A stretch of DNA of 64,000 nt from Adineta vaga. Lineage: Eukaryota; Animalia; Rotifera. Both the position numbers and the translations under genes were made by a program. Location: NCBI GenBank assembly GCA_021613535.1, contig CP075495.1:4588001-4652000 (forward strand), given 5' to 3'. Position 1 is the first letter of the stretch. Every line of letters starts with the position of its first letter. This document shows, in pieces, positions 1-10,583 of this stretch. Under the pieces are notes generated by a model that saw only the letters and a program-made list of their open reading frames with translations, was not told the DNA's origin and did not search any database.

Positions 1-1265
1 AGAAGTAATGAACGTATTGATAGTTTTCGAAAAGATATTTGTAATTGATCAATGTCAGCTAGTAAAGGAAAAGAAAACGTTTTCTTTCTTTTCTCTTGTA
101 TAAGATAACAACTTGACAATCAATGAGACGTGACTAATGAGAAAAATATGAACTGGACGTGTCTTGGGTACTTTTTCTTTTTACGTAACTCGTAGTCGTT
201 TTACTCTCTATTGACGATAGAGTCGATTTTTCAAAACTAATGGAGAAAAAAGAATCTCACATAAAAATCAGAAGTGATTATCTGTTTCTTTTTCTCGACA
301 ATCTAGACATAAATACAGATGTGCAGTTTAGTACTTTGATTCGTAAATATATGTATACGCACGCTGTGTACTGTTTATTTTAATCACAGCATAGGCGTGT
401 GTGCCTTTGCCTGATAATGATCAGCATGGTCTATGCTAATGTGTGAAGGTCATGACCGTCGAAAGTCAAACTTACTTGATGATAATAATTGACTATGAGT
501 GTTACCGTTCATAGTTAATGTGTGAAATTCAGATGATGACGACGATGATGATGTTGAGAGATCGGATAGACGAAGGTCATTAGTAGAATAGATTCCGGAT
601 GAACGTGATGATGATTCGGGTGATGAGTCAATGGGTGTTGGAGTACTGGAGTTGGAGAAGAAATCTAAACAATAATAAAATTTATTGAATGATTTGTTTT
701 GAAAAGATTGTTCACATCCGACAGATGTTTATTTTCTAACTGCTGCAATCTTCAATTCAAAGACATAAAACTTGTTTGATGCAGCAGCTGAGTAATCATT
801 CTATTTGACTTGCAAATTAAACTTCTTTCCTTCTCTCATCCTTACCTGATCCTTGTGGGATATCATAATCATTTTCTTCTATTGATGATGATGTTATTGG
901 AATATCATAATCATTTGATAAACTATCATACATCTAATCGAATAAAAATATATGTATATGATTTTTCTATCGATTGTAGAATTAAAACTCACTGAAGCTG
1001 TTGACAAACAAGGAGAAGAACGTTGTGGTTGATTTGATTCATTTACTACAACTGATGCTACTGCTGATGATGATGATGTACTTGTTGGAATAAGTTTTAA
1101 TCGATTTCCTGGACATAAACCACATTTTCCTTTATGTTGACATAACCACCAGCCATTGAGACCATTTGGATTTTCAATAAGTACAGTTAATATATCACCT
1201 TTACGAAATTCTAATTCATCTTCATCGTCGACATCATTATTATAAAGTGCAACAGCTAACTGCAT
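1..1265 (-). CDS. BCAR1: Cas-family (p130Cas/BCAR1/NEDD9-like) SH3 adaptor, multi-exon, runs off the left edge
   Basis: N-terminal SH3 (ALYNNDVDDEDELEFRKGDILTVLIENPNGLNGWWLC...GLCPGNRLKLI) is Cas-type. The next exon (~846-933) has two YDIP (YxxP) substrate motifs. A Ser-rich exon follows (~476-665), then an exon starting at 58 that continues past position 1. Exon structure at 716-800 is uncertain. Confidence 0.7.
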
Positions 1266-1703
1266 TTTCTAGTTAAAAAAAGAAGAGATAAAAAGAAAAT
1301 GATTATTATTTGTATGTACGTTTTTTGTTCTACGAGAACAGATGCATAGATGATAACATATTAAAAAATGAGACTATTCAATTCAATTATGATATCTATG
1401 ATTGTATCCTTCTGTTGTCATAAATGTATATGTTCTATAATAAATTAGATGTGACAAAAGTGTAATAACTCTTATAGATATTTGATTCATATCGGCTAGA
1501 CTATACAAATGTATTTATATAGAAATAGATCATCATTATTTTCATGCTAAATACATGTAAACAAGAAATTAGTTTTGTCTTGTGTGTGTTAAATAGTATT
1601 TCTAAATGTTTACTTAATATCTTACTTGATCGAAAGTATTTTATTATAATAAATGGTCTCGAAAGTTATTTCTTTGCTCATTTTATGACATGAAAAGAAA
1701 AGA

Positions 1704-1730
1704 AGAGAGAGAGTGAGAGAGAGAGAGGAG
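1704..1730. repeat. (GA)n purine microsatellite tract in the Cas 5' intron
   Basis: Seen directly. Similar tracts at ~2410-2432, ~33020-33036 and ~47098-47114. Confidence 0.8.
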
Positions 1731-4493
1731 AAAGAAAAAAAAGAATAAAACTATATTTAGAATAGTGTAGTGTGGTCTTTGATCGGTACCGATCAGAATA
1801 GAAAATAAAGATGGTTATGTAAATTTCATTACGTGTAAAACGACAAGGCTATTTCTTCGTGTTTCTTACTCTCCGACGCATTTGTTCTCATTAGTATTGT
1901 CATTTCTGTTCAGTCTTAAGGAAGAAAAAAAACCCCGAGCAAAGATCGACAAAAAGACTTACTCACCGACTGTTAGTGTCTTATCAAGTATTCGAACAGT
2001 AACTTTCTATCCAACACATACACATGTATGCAAGATGAAATCGGTGTCTCGACTGTAGGGAGAATAAAAAGAGAGAAAAAAGTCTATAACGCTGTTGCCA
2101 CCATCTATTCCGTTCTGCTATCACTCTCTTCATTTTCTCGTTCTTTGTACAGAGAAAGCAAGAAGTATACACATACGGGATGCAGAACAATATAATCACA
2201 ACCATATAAACGAGAAAGTGACGGACCACAATAGGTTATCGATTAGATTTTTTTTTCATGAACGTGTGACAGAAGCTCTAGTTTGTTTTTGTTCGAACAC
2301 GTTTATACTAATCGTTGATTATAATCTAAGTTCCGCTTTATAAGATTGGCCTTCACTTGATCTTATCGTCCATATATGAATGACGTAACATCTAGTTTCT
2401 CCGGGAACAAGAGAGATAGAGAGAGAGAGAGAGTGCGTGTGTTATGCCTCTATGTGTATGTATGTGTGTACATGTGGCGAACGAACGATTCAATCAACGC
2501 AATGTAAAGATGACGAAAGACGAAGAATAGAGTTTGTTAAATAAACATAGAAACAAGATTTAGGCGTTCCATCTTAATCTATGTCTAAACAGATCAATCT
2601 GACAACGACGACAACGGCAACGACAACGACAACAAAAGCGACGAAATAATACTTGTTACGACTAGTTGTACGATGCGATTGTTTAACAGACAAAATGCTT
2701 ATGTAAAAAAATATTTCAAAGAAGTTTTTTTGTTATTAGTATTTCATAAACAGAAAACATACTTCAGTAAAAAAAAGCTCTGTTTTTTCATTCTAAGGAA
2801 GGTTAAAATCATACTACATACATTTCAACGTTCTCAAATATCTTTAACTAAAGACGTTTGAATACAGAACAAAAAGAAAACCGCATGATAGACATCAATT
2901 CAAATAATAATTAATTTTTTTTTTCATAATAACCTTGTCTTCGGTTGCAATGTCAAGAAAAATGATACATATAAACTTCAACAGAAATTTTATCGACGGA
3001 AAAAAATAAACTAAGAAGTTCTTTTTTCATCTCCATGATATCAAATCGTTGTATGCTCATTAGCTGTTCATAAAATATCACATGTCGTGACATTGGTAAG
3101 ACAAAAATATCCTTGACTACTCTTGTTATACAAATATATCCTTGACAATGATATTGAGATGTATAATACATTAGATATCTTTAATAAGTATGAGCAACTA
3201 ATATAGAAAATTGGCAAATTCTCGGTTTCTTATTTCTTTGTACTACATCATGTCGTTTTTATACCTAAAGGTCAATTGACACTGACGCTTTCGATGATGA
3301 TGATGATATTTGATCAATTGAATAACTATAAAGATAAAGAATGTCTAACATTATGTTTTCTTATCATCAGATATCATATGTAGACGATATCTTGTCGAAT
3401 AATATAGAATCATAAAAAAATGGCGTCAAGTGCCTACTAGTATGTGACCTTCAATCAATCATCATTGTTGTCAAAATGTTTGAGAAAGAAAAGACAAGAA
3501 CATATAGTTATAAACAGATATATAAAAAAAATGTTAAATACATAATCAGATCAATAAATCATTAACATATTCGTTGTTTCTTTCTTCATACGAAGTTATA
3601 TAAATCATTGGAGATTATTTCAAAAGAATATTTACACATATTATCTCGTTTTAATCCTTTAAACTTTCGAACTTAAGCATAAATATAAAATGTTACTAAG
3701 ATTAAAATGTATGATTCTTTACGTAAATAATCCATATAGACAAGTTTCAAAGTAAGAAAGAATCCTTTTTACTGTCGAAATCTTCGAAGAAATAGATTAG
3801 TATCAATATAATTGAATTATTTGAGGACATAATTTGATATACAAATATAATTATATAGATTCATAGAAGCGAAAATGACTGAAGAAATTGTATTTATCGA
3901 TAATTTTTATATAGATAAAATAACAAGGGAAAAAAAGATTAGGTGAGTTCATCATATAGATACTACTGATCTAATTGATAATTGCTATGAGATTAATATC
4001 GATTCTCTTTTTTTTATCTATCACTATAAGAATGTTACAACAGATGATGTCCATTAATGATAAGTTCATAAAACTAAAATGTCATCAAGAAGAAAATTCG
4101 TCATTGATCTATATATTTAAGTGTTGACATCGTTTTGCATCACTTCATTCTGTTTTCCTTCGCCTTATGTTAACATAAATCATATTGAACAGAAGGTTAA
4201 CATCTTATTGTATATAGATATAATGATTAAGGGTAGTCATGTAGACATTGTATGATTACTATGCTACACAAACAAATACTGTTCTAATACCATTAGGAAT
4301 GAATATATATCCGATTGCTTACTAAGTATTTCTTCAATATGTTCTTTTCAGTTATAGAAGAAGAAGATACCAACAAGGGAACTATGAGAAACATCTTGAA
4401 GAATTTAGATGATTATTTTTTTATCTAGGCGTTTGTTTTCAATATAAATAAAATAGCTTGCAAGTTGATGACTTATATGTAGAGTTTTGTATT

Positions 4494-6494
4494 TCAACTA
4501 ATTCTTCGAATTTTACAGAAATATAATGGACCAAAATTATTTGAAATATGCGGTAAAACAAGACTACCATAGCGTGTTTTCGCATGAAATTCAAAGAAAT
4601 ATGCATAATGTTTCTCCAATGATTTTGTTGAAATAATTTCACATCGGATTGGATAATCATCTATATGTCCACGATGTTTCCGATTCGATGTTGTTGATGC
4701 TAAATTTTCAATAGCTCGTTCAACAACACCTTCATTTTGAACAGGAGCTAATGTACATGTTGAATAAACAACAATACCACCTGGTTTACATGCTCGAATG
4801 GCTGATCTAAAATCAAATGCATATTTATATTTCGTTTTCTGATGACAAAACATACTCAAGTAATTTTCGTTGATAATCCGGTAGATCAACTCGTTCTTGT
4901 ACACGTTTTCTCGAAAAGATATTAAAAGCAGTTATTAAAGCATGACGATCACTTGTACATGGAACATCGACAAGAACCTATAAAATAGACGACTGATTCG
5001 TGTTTTGTACTGAAGGACAAGAAGCAAATTACTCGATCAAAACTAGCTGGTTCTCGTTGACCAAACAAACATCCATCACCTTTGACAAATTTCACATACT
5101 TTTTCAAAGTATCTTTTGAAACTGTTTTAGTAAATACTTCAACTAAACGTTTCCATCGTAAACTATCACTATCATTACATGTCAATTGAACTATATGATG
5201 AAAAAGAAAGTAGGAAAAAGAAAAAGAAAAAGATCAGAAATCTATTTACTATAAGGACATGAATGAAAAATATTCAATGCTTTGCCACCTGGTGCTGAAC
5301 ATACATCTAGTACAGAATGAAACGGTTGAACATCGAGTGCAATTATTGGAAGAACACAAGCGCCATCCATACAATAATAGTCTAAACTAAACAAAAGATA
5401 ATTATCAATAAAAATATGTATTTTTTGAAAATAAACAAAATATTACCCAATAAATTTAATTCATCTGTTTTAGCTGGTTCAAATCTTGATGTATTGCCAC
5501 GTGGAAATGTATAAACATGCCATGATGGAGGCATTTTTTCAAACTTACGATCTTTATCATCATCAACAACAGGTACAACATTACCTTTGATAACCGAATG
5601 TACCTATTCAGAACAAATACCAATCGTAAAACTTCTTCTTGAGATTTACAATCATCATATTTGATTAAAACTGAAGAAATTATGCTGTTTGATGAGAAGA
5701 CAATTACATTTTCTTATCTTATTTAGAGAAGGAAGGCTTTTCATTCGGGAGGAAATCATTGATTTATTGTGTGACAATTCATTTGACATCTCGAGAGAAG
5801 AAGAATGATTTCTAAGGAAATCCCCTAATTCCTGTCTTAAATTAAATGTACTGATTACTCCGAATGGTACCTGTTGTTCAAGTGCTTGTTTATAAATATC
5901 ATCGAGTGTTTTAACTGATTCTGGTTGATTAAATGTATTAATATCATCATTTTCATCATCATCCTCCTCTTCGTTGGTTTCTTCCTGATTGTCAGTTAAA
6001 TCACTTGTACCTAATAATCGTCGATTTTCTTTTTGTTCTAATAATTTTTTAATTCCATATTCTTCATCACTTTTAGCAATTTGTTCTTGAATCAAAGAAA
6101 AATCTTCACGTAATTTTGTATTGTCAAATCGTAATAAATCAATAGCACCTTCTTCAATTAATTTTTGTTTAACAGTTTTATTTGATAATGAATGTGGATT
6201 TATCAATGCAACAGGTTTCGGTAAACTAAGTAAAGCCAGTCGTATTGATGGCCAATGCCGATGAAATATAAGTGGATAGGCAAAATCAAAATATTGTAAA
6301 GCAAGTTCATTTGAATGTGAGCCATGATGTGATGAAAACATCTAAGTAAACAAATGGTTTTTTAACAAATTTGTCTATCTCATTTATTCACCTACCCATT
6401 TCTTTTTAAATGGTTTAGTATAACGTACAAAAGAGATATTTATACGATTGTAATGATTTTTTAACATATAAATAAAATTTTTTTGATATATCAT
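4494..6494 (-). CDS. NSUN4: Mitochondrial rRNA m5C methyltransferase NSUN4-like, about 7 exons
   Basis: Spliced product has ALQYFDFAY...WPSIRLALLS, DYYCMDGACVLPIIALDV, VLDVCSAPGGK (SAM binding), FDRVLVDVPCTSDR and GGIVVYSTCTL (both catalytic Cys), and PHISNNFGPLYFCKIRR. Confidence 0.88.
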
Positions 6495-6677
6495 CTGCAA
6501 AGAATATGTATTACTAGTTTTGTAGCCGGGATGATTCTTTTTTTCTATAAGCTAATTATAAAAATAAATAAATGTGTTTTCACAAGAAAAAAAACGAAAC
6601 AGACAAACAAACAAACGAACAAAAAAAACACTATTTGGCATACAAAAAAAATTAATCTTTTGAATAACGGGAGCAAA

Positions 6678-8707
6678 TTACTGCTTTTCAGTTGAAAGAG
6701 CTTTAATAGTTGTCTCATAGACTAAATAAGACATTGAAACAGCTGGCACAACTTTTAACATATTAGGAACGAGACCACGATAGAAACCAGCTAGACCTTC
6801 GTTCTGCCAAATATCGTTTAACATAACCCGAATTGGCAGAACCGGATGTGCCTTACTTTGATCCATGTGTGGTAATGGAACGATTTGTCCCTGTCGACGT
6901 ATACGTAATAATGTTATGGGATAAGTAACCAATTGACCGGCAAACGATGAGATAGCACCACAACTAAGATAGATGTATACGGGAGGTTGCCGATTTTCAT
7001 GTGTTTTTATATAAAGACGTTTTAAACTCTAGATAAACGTAGTCAAAAAATGAATAAGTAATTGAAATGTAGAATGGAATAGAAGGATTACTTCATAACA
7101 TGCTAGATCAAAGCCAGCATATGGAACTATACCAATCTGATTTAGTGTATAACCACGCCAGAATGCTTTAGCACCTTCGAATCTGTATATACGTCTGATA
7201 GCATCAGCCCAATTAGAAAATTCACCAGTACGTCTCAAACATAGTCGTACTTTCAATACCTAAGATTTTTCAAACATGACAAAGAAGGATGATTGATTGC
7301 AAAAAGAGTTATATTTACATCTAGAGGATAAATAAGGGTTTGAGAGAAAAAACCAGCAATAGCACCGGATATGAATCTTTCGAAAATTGTTGTTTCTGTA
7401 TTGAGATCTTTGCCTTGAATTAGTTTCACCAATTTTTTACTCTAAACCAATGAATTCATTTAAAAAAAACACGAGATTCTTCTAAATTAAAATCTTACTT
7501 CTTCAAAAAATGCGAATCGAAGAGCTGTTTCTGGTATGATTTTCACAATATTTATACCATTTCCACGCCATAAACTTTGTACACCACCTTCTTCAATCAA
7601 ATAACGATAACTCGCAATGAGAGACATTCGTCTTCTCGAACCCAGATACTAAGAAACCTAATGATATTCATCGATTCTTTATAATCATAGCGGGTGAAAA
7701 ATTTAGTACAGAGGAAAAGTTTTTTTCGAAGCATGTGGATATCTATACATACCTGCATAATAATTTTCAGTCGATCAAATGGAGCAGTTGCCGTACGAGA
7801 TACAGCACCAGCACAACCACCGGCAACAAGATTCTTCCACAATTGTTTATTTCGAATTTCTTCATCTTCACATACAGCGTAGGATGTTTCACCGAAATCT
7901 AAATGCTAGGGAGAAAAAAAGAAATTGAAAAAGATAGATATCGATTTTTCATGAATAAGATTTATAACTCACTGTGGCTCCACGCCAATATCTGAGCATT
8001 TCATTAGGATCACCGGTAATAGTTTCAAGCATCATTGGATTAATCATAAAGAAAGAACGCCATTCGTCATAGGAGATTTCTGAAGATTTGTCTTGATTCA
8101 TTCTAAATAAAATTTATATATTTGATTTCTCTATTGAACAAGACATATCTCTTTACTTTTCTACTAATTTATTTGCTTCCTCTAAGTCAAGATATATACG
8201 AAGTTTACGGAAATAATAAACTAAATCTTTTGCATCAAATTTTCCTAAACCAAAATCAAACAATAGAAAAAAGTTTTATTCAATTACGTCATAGGAAATT
8301 TTTCAAGATCATTTACCATGATTACTTGCATCTAATTTTCTAAAAACTAGACTAAGTTTCTTTTCTTGTTGTAACACATAATTAGTAAATTGTTTAAAAG
8401 AAAGTGAAGATGAGTCAGGTGATCCACCAGCTTGAGCAATGATACGCTAGAAAGATATACAAATCTCCCTAAATATATATTATTTATTTCATATAAAGTA
8501 TTAACTTACACGAACAATATCCCAACGTTTGTTTGTCGATGTTTCAACGCCACTTTTCTCTAATAAATCAATCAATTGGTCCACATCAATACGATCATCA
8601 TGATTCTGATCAAGTCGATGAAAAAGTTTTCTATAAGAAAGATGACTTTCATTTAAGTCATGATGAATGACTGCATCTTTTATCAGATCAGGAGAAGTAC
8701 CATTCAT
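6678..8707 (-). CDS. SLC25A24: Calcium-binding mitochondrial ATP-Mg/Pi carrier (SCaMC, SLC25A23/24/25 family)
   Basis: N-terminal EF-hands ([18 protein letters not shown]), then carrier repeats: [76 protein letters not shown]. The exact paralog cannot be assigned. Confidence 0.88.
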
Positions 8708-8923
8708 TACACAAATTTCTTTTCTTTAGACTATGAACATGATATATTGTCTGAAGTGAAAATGAAATAGAAAAGAAACAAAGTTTTCATTCTTTTTTGT
8801 TTTTTCAGTTGTTTATTTCTTTTGATGGTTTTTATTGATTAACGCGCGCATCAAAAACACACACACAGAAAACAATGTGAATTCAATGATAATAAAAACA
8901 AGCGCACGATGTTGTTTTTTTAT

Positions 8924-9700
8924 TTACGCTTCATCAGCACTGATTTTTTCGCTGACATAAATACCGTCAAGAAATTTACGGATATCTTTATTTTTAACTG
9001 ATGTTGACATTTGAATAAGTGCAGCTAGAAAAATAAAAGATAATATAGAGAAAGATCTTTCGACAAGAAACAATCTGTTTTACCTGATCGTGATACAAGT
9101 TCAATGTCATTTCCTTCTAAAATAAGTTCATCTTTTTGTTTAGTACTGGCAGTGATTTTAACACCAGGTTGCATTTTAACACGACGAACATATTTTTCTC
9201 CTAAAAAGTTACGAATTTCAATTGCTTGACCGTTTTCCGTAACGACAGTATTGATTGGAAAGTGAGCGTATACTGAACGCATTTTATAACAATAACCCTA
9301 CAAGATAAAAGAATCATCAAAAATTAATATTCTTACATGTTAAAAAATTCTATAATTCTTCTAAGAGAAAATGAAAATTAACTTACTTTTGTAACACCTT
9401 TAATCATATTGTTAATATGCGAACAGATAGTACGAACCACAGCATTTTCCTTGTTTGTACCGAACCATTTTTCCACAACAACTAAATTCTTTTTTGGCAT
9501 GGATATGTCAACACGAGCATGACGGAAACTTCGTACAAGTTTGCCACGTTTGCCAGTTACTTGGACAACACGACTTTTTACAGATACTTTAACTAATGGT
9601 CGAATAGAGAAAAATAAAGATAATTTCTATAGAATCAATGAAAAGAATTCATACCATCATCTGGTATAGCGAGTTGTTCACGAGCTTTGATGGGACGCAT
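8924..9700 (-). CDS. RPL9: 60S ribosomal protein L9 (uL6), 4 exons
   Basis: [61 protein letters not shown]. Confidence 0.97.
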
Positions 9701-9810
9701 GATCGAATAATATCGAGATGGAAATAAATATCGATCTAGAAAGAAAATTAGACTTTAATATCAAGCATGTCGGTTTTTCTTAACTAGTAATATTCAAAAT
9801 GAAATCTATG

Positions 9811-9815
9811 ATTGG
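9811..9815 (-). promoter_or_regulatory. CCAAT box in the RPL9/MYCBP divergent promoter
   Basis: ATTGG in a GATTGGCT context, ~110 bp upstream of the RPL9 ATG. Confidence 0.4.
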
Positions 9816-9996
9816 CTAATAATGGTAAATTATGGAAGAAATTTTTGTAAACCTTTTCTTTAATAATAAATTTAATTCATATCTCTTGTTTACTAAAGAA
9901 TATTAAATTGATTTCGATATTTTTCAACTTGTAATTTTCTATGATGAACAAAGTGCATTAGTGTGATAATTTATTCAAATGAGTCATATAGATGTA

Positions 9997-10009
9997 GTTG
10001 CTAGGCAAC
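9997..10009. promoter_or_regulatory. RFX X-box (GTTGCTAGGCAAC)
   Basis: Near-palindromic RFX motif ~100 bp upstream of the MYCBP ATG, the usual position for ciliary-gene X-boxes. Confidence 0.7.
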
Positions 10010-10106
10010 TTATCAACGCAGTGCTTGTCAATTGGAAAGAGTTTCTTTTTTCCTTTTTTCTCTTCTATTAACTAGGTGTTTATTTTAACGAAATTAAAGT
10101 TGAACA

Positions 10107-10466
10107 ATGACATCGACATATCGTCCAAATGAATCAAAACGAGAAGAATTTCGTCGTTATCTTGAAAAGGGTGGTGTCGTCGATTCAATTACACGTTTGT
10201 TTCAGTCAAGAAAGATTAGTTTACTTTTATGATATTTTTTCTTTTGCATTGATTTAGGAGCATTAGTTGCTTTATATGAGGAAGCAGAAAAACCAAATAA
10301 TGCTGCTGAATTTGTTCGTCGTTTTATGGGTGCTACTGGACCTGATACAGCTGAAATAGAAACATTAAAAAATGAATTGATGGCTACACGTGAGAAAAAT
10401 GAAGAATTAGTTCGTGAAAATGAATCATTAAAAGAAAAATTACAAAAATATGAAAGTGGACAATAA
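10107..10466 (+). CDS. MYCBP: c-Myc-binding protein (AMY-1/FAP174-like), 2 exons; not shown in the ORF track
   Basis: MTSTYRPNESKREEFRRYLEKGGVVDSITRALVALYEEAEKPNNAAEFVRRFMG, followed by a coiled coil. Intron at ~10195-10257. Confidence 0.93.
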
Positions 10467-10583
10467 GAACTAAATGATATCAGCATCCTTTTTTTTTTAT
10501 TTTCAAAAAAGAAGAAACTTGCTTGAATGCATTTTGATTTCTTTAAACATATTTTTCTTTTCTTCAATAAACTTGTAGATGAA

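Noticed and set aside
9298-9386. Possible intronic snoRNA in the longest RPL9 intron (contains TGATGA)
   Set aside because: The C-box-like motif is near the 3' end with no downstream CTGA D box or terminal stem.
10202-10567. 121-aa minus-strand ORF
   Set aside because: It is the antisense shadow of MYCBP exon 2. The same applies to ORFs at 14219, 17169, 20069, 23310 and 30284.
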